DNA from: Setoptus koraiensis
Lineage: Eukaryota; Animalia; Arthropoda
NCBI GenBank assembly: GCA_048013815.1
Contig: CM106586.1
Location: 7,626,001-7,690,000, forward strand
Length of the DNA: 64,000 nt
Reading direction: 5' to 3'
Part shown: positions 43,601-53,700 of the stretch, piece by piece
Numbering within the stretch: the stretch's first letter is position 1
Layout: each line of letters starts with the position of its first letter
Made by a program: the position numbers and the translations under genes
The notes under the pieces: model-generated
Seen by the model: only the letters and a program-made list of their open reading frames with translations
Database searches by the model: none
Told to the model about the DNA's origin: nothing

Positions 43601-45645
43601 CAACAAACAACAGCAGCAGTATGGTTCCATCGCCTGCCCCAACAATTGGAACACAACAGCCACCTCAAAAGAAACATCAATCTGGACAAGCGCCATTTAT
43701 ATCTCGTTTGCAACAAGAATCAGCATTGTCTCCGTTGCACCGCACCCAATCGCCTGGAACATTGATGAATAGCCAAGATATTAAGAGCGAGATTACTTTG
43801 ACGCCGGGGCCAGCACCGTCACCGTTTATGTCGGCCACCGTTAATGTACCCACTCCCACCAGTAATACTCTGTCAGGAAACGCTGGCAATGTGCCTTCCA
43901 TCAACAAATCTCATCAAAATCAGCAGGTTCAACCACAGATATTGCCAGCACCACCAAATCAATCCATACCTCAACAGCAGCAACAACAACAGCAACAAAT
44001 CCAACACCAACACCAACAGCATCAGCAACAACAACAACAACCACAGTCACTACCTCAACCAATGATTCAAGCACAAATTCAAACCAAGACACCAATGCAC
44101 GCTCAGCAACATATCGTGCAACAGCAACAACAAATTCCCCAAGTTCAGCAACAACAGCAACTACATCAACAGACGCAACAACAACAGTTGCAGCAACAAC
44201 CTCAACAAATGCAATCACAACCACAACTACAGATGCAGTTACAGATGCAGCCAGGACAGATCCGACCGCCGGCTCAGCCACCTTCACAACCCCAACTACA
44301 GGCGAGACTTCAGTTACAATCTCAAACGCCACAGCCGCAACTACCTCAGACACTTCATCAACACCAACAGCAGCACCATCAGCAACAACAACAACAACAT
44401 CAGCAACAACAGCAACAACTGCATCATCAGCAACACCAACAACATATGGGCCATCAACATGCCCGACCACAGGTGCAAACAATTCAGGTGAGGCCACCAA
44501 TAATACCTCCAACTCCAGCCTCGCTGGCACCCACAAGCGTTGTACCAATTCAACCGCCCGCCCCTGTGGTGGCTGCTGCGCCCCCCAAAGTGAGGCAACC
44601 CAGGAAGACCAGAAGGCCGCGCCAACCCAAAGTTCCTGTTGTAGTAGCTCCTCAACCTGTTCAAGTGCAACAATCTTATGCCGGCCATCATAACGTCACT
44701 AGTGCTTCGATGCAACCGCAACAACAGCAACCACCGCAGACTTCAATTCAGCCCCAGGCAACTAATATTCAGCATCATCATTTGTTGCATCAGCAACTCC
44801 AACATGGACAACAACCTCAACAACAGCAACAACAGGGCCCCATGCATCAGCAGCAGCAACAGCATTATGCAGCTCAGCATGTTGTAAATACATCAGAACC
44901 TCAGATGAACGCGCACCCTATACAACAACAGCAACAACAACAGATGATCCAGAATATAAACATTCAGCAGCAACAACAACAGCAACATCAGTTGCAACAG
45001 CAGTATGGAGGATCGCATCACAACCAACCTATACAACAACAACAACAGCAACAACAACAACAGCCCAGCCTACAGCAGCAGCATCATCCTTTGCTACATC
45101 AACAATTACAGCAACAACAACACGGCCAGCAACAACAGCAGCAACACGGACAACAACAGCAGCAACAACAACAACAGCAACAACATTATATCGCGCCACA
45201 ACATGTTGTTAATACCGGCGACGCACAATTAAATCCGCACACAATGCAACAACAGCAACAGCAGCAGCAATCACAACAACAGGTGATACAAAACATCAGT
45301 ATGGTTGGGCAACATGTTGTAGGTCAACAACAGCAGCATTACACTGCTCAGCACGTCAATGCCAGTGAGGCCCAAATGGGCCAACATCCCATGCAACAAC
45401 AACAACAACAGCAGCAGCAAGTTATACAAAACATAAACATGCATCCGCAGCAACAACAACAGCACCCAGTGCCACAAGCTGCTTACCAGCAACAACAACA
45501 TCAGCACCAACAGCAGGGACCACAATTCTTTCCACCGGCACAAACTGCCGGCCACTCACGACCGGCTTTGACCTCAATGTTACGTCAGAGGGCTGCCAAT
45601 ATAGATCTAAATGGCAAGCATAATCCGAGACACTATTACCAATAG
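37654..45645 (+). CDS. MED12: Mediator complex subunit 12 (kohtalo), single-exon ORF, 2663 aa
   Basis: N-terminal [33 protein letters not shown]-type motif [52 protein letters not shown]/P-rich tail. AATAAA at 45693 and 45798. Confidence 0.97.
   Translation: [2663 protein letters not shown]
43960..45520 (+). repeat. Coding CAA/CAG polyglutamine region of MED12
   Basis: Many interrupted CAA/CAG runs encoding a Q/H/P-rich tail. Confidence 0.95.
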
Positions 45646-48600
45646 GAACAGCAGCACACACACAATATACATGATAGGAAAGTGATATGTTCAATAAAGA
45701 GATGATTGATATAGACACGATTACGTGTCGACGAAGACAATTTGCTCCATTGCTATCATTTATTTAAAAATTTGTTGGTTGCAATTGAACAGTTTGGAAT
45801 AAATTTATTTATCGTTTGTTATTTTCGATTGTTTGACTGACACCGTCGACGTTGGCTATTCGATTGTTTTCTGAGGGTCTATTTCATCAACTATTTTTAG
45901 CGGAGTTGTAACATTAATTAAATTGTGGCGCCAATAATGGCGCCACGAGATGCACCCAAAAGTCAAGTGAAGCAGTCAGCGGTTTGTTAGTTTGGCACGA
46001 TAGTTAGTAGTTGAGATTACATAATCATCAATGAGCAGTTTATCGTATCGACACACCATCTATGGTTGGCGCGCATCAACGTAATTAGTCTGGTGTGGTT
46101 CGAAATGGTTTAGAAACTGTGGGAACCAATAGATAAACTATTAATCTCAAACAACGACAACAGCAACAACAACAACAACAACGGCACCATTGCTTGTGTG
46201 CACTAATACGTGCACATGTGACACTCACATGATAACTGAGGTCACATTATCGCACGCTTGTGGATGACAATGATTTAATGGTGACCCACCGAACGCCAGC
46301 ATAACAATTCAATTGATATGCTGGTGTTCAATTGAATCTGGCCCCATGCTCGTGCGATACTTGACTATCTGGCCGCCATTCAATATTGCACAACACGAGT
46401 TTGGGTTGGGGTTGGGGGGGGATATTTTTTGCAGACTAAAAGCGAGTGACCCAGTTGATTAGGCACAGTGTTTGTGTGTGTGTGTGTGTGTGTGTGCGTG
46501 CGTGTGCGTGTCGTCGGCGACGAGAAGTGATTAAGCATGAAGAGAGCCTTTTATTTATGGTGGTCATCATCATATTCTACTCGACTGGCCAGCAGCGTAG
46601 TGCTTGTCGTTGTTGTTAGCGGTTGATTAGTCCGTGCTATATGGTCACACTTACTTTGTTGTTGTTGTTGTTTGTGTTGAACAATGTTGTTGTCCGCTGG
46701 CGTAGGTGCCCATGGGTTTGTCTCTATTAAACTGGTGCTCGTTCTCATGACATTAACAGCTACCACCGACTGACTAATGCGACTGCGTGAGTGCGACCCA
46801 CTATCATACAATTGCACACTATCATACATTGTTGTTGTACATGGGACCCAATCTAGTTGAATGGACGCCAGCTTTATACGTTACGTCATAACGTAACGTG
46901 ACGCGTGGTGCACTCACAGGGCCATTTGTTGGGCAACAGTAACGGCAGCAATCGAGTATTTTATGTCTTCTTTCCATTACATGATTGTTGTCTCACTGTT
47001 GTCTCAATGATGTCCAATGTTCACTCCAATCCAATCCGATTCGATTCAATTGCACTCTTGCATTCAATTCGCAGTTGCTATATAGTGCGCGTCTTCATTT
47101 GGGCCATTTCACAGTACAGTTTTATACAGTTTCGCATAGCAGTTTTATGCAGTGCGGTGTCTGTGTGATTTGATCTCATTTGACACAGATATCCGAGAGT
47201 GTGCGCGCGCGATATACGCCAAGGTGATTGATTGATGGCGATACAGAGAACAAATTGCAGATTGGCAACGCTCCCAAAGGCGACTTGTGCCTCTTAATGT
47301 CGCTGATATTATCTCACACATTTATTTATGTGACACCCACCAGGGCGAAAACGAAAGTTGTCATTCCCACAAGTTTGCTGCGCACCGTTGCCCGTTGATT
47401 CAATTCAATTCGAATCAATTCGAATCAATTAGACAATTGGGCGCTCTCGCAACGCGCATTGTCGCTCTGCTCGCGACGCCTGCGACTGTTAATGATTCTC
47501 TCATCATATCGCCTTAATTGAATTGTTTGCCAGCACACAATGGAGGCCCCCGAACCGGCGATCTCCGAACGGGCGATCTCCGAACGGGCGACCATGTGCC
47601 GCAATCACAAGTGCGCCACTTTATTACGCAACCGCTGATAAATGTTGAACAGTTACTGTTTGCAGTCAACTGTGGTCGCGTTTGCGCGCAGTTGACTCGC
47701 GACTCGCGAGCCGCAAGTCTCGCAAGTGGCAACGTGTGAATCGCCAACCGTCATCCGTCGGGCTCACCTGGACATCGCGTCAGTTACATAATGAGGATGC
47801 GCTACGATCCAGCGATATCGCATGCGGCGACACAGCACATGGCACGGCGTCGCAATATATAGGTTCGGGGGCGATATGTGTGGCGAGCGGCGTAGGTCGG
47901 CGGTTGTTGTTGTTGGCGCTCATTAAACATGATTAATCACCCTTGTTTGTGCATGTTTGCTGTTATAGGCTTATTATTATGCGATGAGTGGTTACAATGT
48001 TGTCATCGGCAATCATTATTGGCAGCGCCTCAACAATTGCGATTGTTGTTGCGCTTGCACGCCAACAATAATTGTCAGCTTGCACACAATTATTTGGCGT
48101 TGTTGTTGTGGGCACCACTGCGGGCACCACTGCGGGCATCATCATTGGCACCACTGTTGGCATCACTGTTCAACAGTGACTGTTGGCTCCACTGTTGGCA
48201 CCGAGTGGCGAGTCGCGACCAGGTAAGCGCCGACAGCGGCCAATTAAGGGTTGCACAAGCTCGCACGAGGCGACCAACGCGCACATTATTGCCACCCATC
48301 GACCGCCTGTTGATCGATTTGGCCGCCAGCGGCACTCGGCCGACCGTTGATCGCGTGTTTTGCGGGCCGCTGCTCGCCGGGTCAGTGGCGCGGGCCAACG
48401 ACCATGACCCCGAAGCGATGATTGCGCTCGCCTCCAGTCGCGCGGCCAGTCTCGCGGCCGCTGACAGCAAAGTGACAGCGCAGTGACAGCGCAGCAAATG
48501 ACCACTGACGATCGCCAATGACTGGCCAGAGCGCCAATCGCACCAGCGGCACCAGCGGCGATATTGGCGCTATCGGCGTGCCAGTTGGAGAACGGCGCTC

Positions 48601-50690
48601 AGTCGCGAGTGCTCAATCGCGGCTGCTCAATCGCCGGTGCGCGAGCGCTGGTGCGAGATCGGCGGTGCACGATCGGCGGTGCACGATCGCTGGTGCACCA
48701 CGATTGTTGTGCTGCACGCCAGCCGAAACTGCCCATCACCAGTCTAGATGACGGTTGTCGTCTGTCGTTGTCGTTGCTGCTGTTGGCGCTGCCGGCGTTG
48801 TTGTGATCCGACGCTGATGCGACCGCGATGCAATGACAACGCCGGCCCAAAGTGATCAAAACAACCGGCGACGACAACGACAACAACGACAACAACAGCA
48901 GCGCGTCAACACTGCTGCCAGAGCGACTTCCGCTTTGGCGCGGCACCTCGAGCGCCCCTGAGCGACTTTTGGCCGGCGCGCAAGTTTCTGCACAGCGAAA
49001 CTTTCTGCAAAATGAAATTTCTGCACAGCGAAATTTTCTGCAAAATAAAAACTTTGCGCCGGCCGACCTGTCGAAGCGGCCGTCGGCTCGTCAAACTGGC
49101 CACTGGTGAGTGGACAGTTTTGTAGTCGGGTGTCACCGCTAGGCGCGCCTGTCACCGGCAAACAAAAGGATTGGCTGCTTGCGCCGCCGAACAATGCTCG
49201 TCGGTTCATCGCACGTTGGCAGCACTCGGCAATCAAGTGGCTGTTGTGTGACGCAACAGCGGCCAGCTCCCAATTGAGGAGCCGAAAATTTTCAAGTTTT
49301 GAATTTTAAACTGGCGGAAAAAGTGCAAAAAACGCACGCACAAAAACAAGCCCAAAACACTGGTTCGTTCGTGCGAACGGGGGCCCCTGTTTTGTGACGA
49401 GTGACACGCTCGCTGACAATTGTCACTCCATTCATGTGTCAGGCTTGCCCGACGGCCGCGCACCACACCCGCACCGTGTATGATAGCACAGGGTATATAT
49501 CATAGCGCGTGTGTGTGACCTCTGGCCCGCACAAACCGGCCCCGGTATCAAACTGGCCCCGGCGTCAAACCAACCAAACAAACGGGCGACCGGGCGGCGG
49601 GTCGCCCCCACTGCTCGCGAGATGACGGCGCTGGATTTGGATTGACAGATTTACATCAACAGCATCATTATTGGCCCGAAGATTATCCGCAGAAGCTAGT
49701 TTCTCACGACGCTTCCGCTCTCGACTGAGCGCCCGATCTGCGAATTCCCGGTTTGTGTTTGCGTATTTGTATTGCAGTTGGGGAGCCAGGATTTTTTGTT
49801 TTTGTTTTGCTGTTTTGTTTCGCGCGTGAATCAATTGATGAGCCCACGAAACGGTGAGCCGATGAGCTGACGCAATGGTGAGCTGACGCAATGATGAGCT
49901 GACGCAATGATGAGCCGACGAAATGATGAGCGGATTGGCGAGTGACACCGAGCAGCCGAACAAACATTATGCAAATCAACGTGACTCAACGACGATGGCA
50001 TGTGTGTGACATTAAGATATAATGGGGCCACACGCTTACATTGCAGTATTTGCTTTTTTGTGCGCACCAGTATTTTTATTGCTCGCACAGTGCACAGTGA
50101 GTAATGGCTTGCGCAACGCGCGCGCGCGCGATTGCAAGTTGCGCAAGGATCGATGGCATTTCAATTGAATTGCCACCGCTAACGGCCCTGCGAGCGGGCC
50201 CCATAATCGTGGGGCCCAATCGTGGGGCCCAATCGCGGGGCCCGATCGGGGCGGCGAGTTTTTTAACGGAGCCACCTTTTAAGTGAGCTTTTGTTTCGGT
50301 GATCTTTGAGTGGCAGCCACAGTGCGGGCATAAGTGGCGTAGGTTGGCCGTGGGTCGGGCGCGTAGACGGGCGCGGGCAAAAAGTGTCGCGAAACAGCGA
50401 GAGACAGGCGACCCCAAAAGACAGCCGATGAAAAGAACGGCAAGAAGAATGGAGAAAAAACAATAAAAAACTAATGCTAATAAGACCAATCTATATTACG
50501 ACATCTGATATGAATACGTGCACGATACGTGCGCAACTGGGCCAGACACTTTATTACCTATGCCCATTAGCCGTCGTTGCGTCATCGCATGAATATTGCG
50601 CGAACAATGCGCTGTCGCGATGATGACGACACACACACACACACACCGACCGACATTATCACATTATCATATAATCATATTATATTTGAT

Positions 50691-50721
<31 letters not shown>

Positions 50722-53700
50722 TGAACTATTCAACTGTCTGAATTGATAGCCGAACAGCTCAAACGGAGCAAGCAAGCGAGCCGGCCAAAGAGAAAAGGTT
50801 AACGCGTTTTGCACGTGTCTGTGCGCACGAGCTTCGACGGATGGCGCAAAAAGCCGGGCCCATAGTTCGCTGCTCCATAGTTACTCCTGCCAGAACTGTC
50901 TACACTGTCGGCCGGCGCGCAGATAGCGCCAGTTCGAGATTTAAGGGCCGCTGTGTCACAAACTGTGCACTACAAAGTGGCTCACCATCCATTTCAACGG
51001 GATGTTCAACGGGATATTCAACGGGATATTCACGGGGCCCACGGGGCACAGTTTTTGCGGGGCACGGTGCCAATAACGGGCCATGGCGACAATGACGGGG
51101 CACGGTATTGAATATCCGGCCGAAATGATGCCGAAACAATATGCGCTCGTTAGGTTGTCAGCCGCAGTGGCAGTAAATTGTCGCCAAGTGACCGGCCGAT
51201 ATGTTGCCGAGTCTCCGATAGGCCGAGTATTGAGCTGTATGTCGTCGGGCGCAATTGGGTCTCGTCAACTTGAAACGGCCAGTTGAGCCAGACAGCAATC
51301 AGCCATTCAAATGAGATAAAACAGGGATAAATCTAAATAATGAATCTAAATGCCACAGACAGTGGCATAAAAAGCAGTTGCGACCGTAACAGGGGCGCCA
51401 AACCTGTTGTGCGGCCGGTGCCTGGCGACTCGTGTTCGCCGGACATTGCGACACGAGTCGCGACAAGAGGCCAGCGTGGGAACCGGCCAACTTATCCGTG
51501 CGCGTCTTTCCGTTATCACTTTACAGTGTGCACATTAATTTACAATAAACCCGTTTCACGGTCTCTCTAGACGCTACATAGTTCACAGTTACATAACAGT
51601 TTGCAGTTATATTATAGTTATATTATAGTTATATAATAGTTTACAGTTACATTACACTCTACAGTTATATATCACACACAGCTGATGGCTGATGGCTGAT
51701 GGCCGCATCAGCTGCAGTCAAACGATAGTCAACTAATAGTCAAATGTTGATGCTCGAATGCTGACACGTGAAACGTTGACGGCTAATGGTTATGCAATGT
51801 CGGCCCAAGATTGTTTGCGTGCGGGCACAACTGGTTAGCATAATGGTGGCATAAACAATGTCGTTGTTGTTGTTGTCGGCGGTGGCTTGTTGTTGGACCG
51901 CCACCGCCGACAACAACAACCGAACAACAATGACAACGGCACGTTCTGGCCGTGCCGTCATCGTCGCGTGTGTCATCGTCATCGATGACGGCCCCCATAT
52001 GATATCGGCCGTCATCGGGCGCGTCACCCACAATTGTCCAACTGACAATTGTCAGCTGACCCGAATTGCCTGTTAACTTGGCTGACTCTTGTGTCTCTCT
52101 GGTCACCAGACTCTGTCTCTGGTTACCAGACTGTATCTCTGGTTGGAGTCTGGTGAACGCCATAGAGATGGAGCGAGATGCAGTTCAAACAAATGATCAT
52201 TAATTTAGTGCCAAATTGAATGGAACGGAGCCGTTTCGTTCAATTTCGCTCACGTTGTTGTCACTTTGTTGTCGTTGTTTGTTACTTTTGCTCTGTTGTC
52301 GTGTTTGTCGTGTTGTTGTTGCCATCAGCGCCGATGATGGGCATTTTTGCAATGGCCAACACACACACACACACACACAAACACACAGCTCGAGGTAATC
52401 AACGAGTTAATGATGCAACCCAATCAAGCGTAACCTTGTAATGACTTGTCGACTTACAATTCACAATTCAGCGACACGTTTAGCCAGTCACACACTGGCC
52501 ATGCAAATCTTGTGCTCGTTGACCTCTCGCTCTCACTCGTTTGCTCGCTCTCGTTGTCGCTGTCAGACGGATCTCATCGGACATAAATAATTCTGCGTCT
52601 TTTCTCACGCGCATTTGCACGTCCACTTTGCCTGGCCAACAAACCAATCTAACGATGATCTAACGGATAATTAGCTCACTCGCGCACTAATCACGCCACG
52701 ATAATTGCCATCCGTCAGCTGTCGTCGGTGTTGCGAGCGCCAGCGATCGCGCCACAATAGCGCATAGTCACAATAGGTGAGTGGGGCAGATATGAACGTT
52801 GTATAAATCAACATTTCATGCGCGACCATTCGAAGCCCTCATTTGAGTCATATCGAGCCGGCCACTGCACCAATTAACGGTCAGTTAATGGCCAATTAGC
52901 CGCTCGCGTTGCGCCACTAAACAACCTCGGACACGATGTCGTCGTGACGATGAACGTTATTTAAACATCCGCACATTTCATTGGTTGTTGTCAATTAGAC
53001 AAACCGATGAGCTGGCCGGCGCCAATTAGCCAACTGACCGCCAGACCACTGCTCGTGCAAGACTACTGCTGCAAGTGACTTGTGGCCACTTGCAATCATC
53101 TCTGGCCCCCTCGCGACAGCACCGGCAACTAGGTGCGCAAACAAGCAGCACCGGACGACAGTAGCTCGGCCCCCAGTATCGCTAGTTTGTGCTGACTGGC
53201 GCACAAAAACACAATTATTATCATTTTTTTTACAAATTATTTTTGTCGGAGCTATGCGCTGAAAAATGTCCAACTAAACATTTTTTTTTCACACACTGAC
53301 AAGTTGTAGGCTCAGCTCTCTCCAGTGCGACCTCTGGTGTCTATATCGTCGCGCACGGCTTATAGTGGAGTAGATAGTGAAACTATCTAGGTGAAAAGTT
53401 AAACTTTAAAAAAGTTTCGCTCGTCCGGGCCCCCGAACTCGAATGTAGATGGCGCTGTGAGAGTTTCGGCGCGCAACAACGCGCTCGCATTTGTGCAATG
53501 GCGTTGCCATTGTGGCACACGCCACAAAACTTTGGCGCACGACACTTTGGTAACGCTGGTTGTAAGTGCAGTTTCGCTGTGCGGTTTGGCACGCGCCACC
53601 GAACAGTGCAATGGCAAACCTGCACAATATTATTGTGACACTCTGGACTAACACATGCAAAGTGTGTGCATATATTTGGCACATGATTATTGTTATTGCA

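Noticed and set aside
46118-52609. Five Su(H)-type YGTGRGAA sites (46118, 47364, 49701, 51475, 52602)
   Set aside because: Only about twice the rough random expectation for the right flank, dispersed and unpaired.
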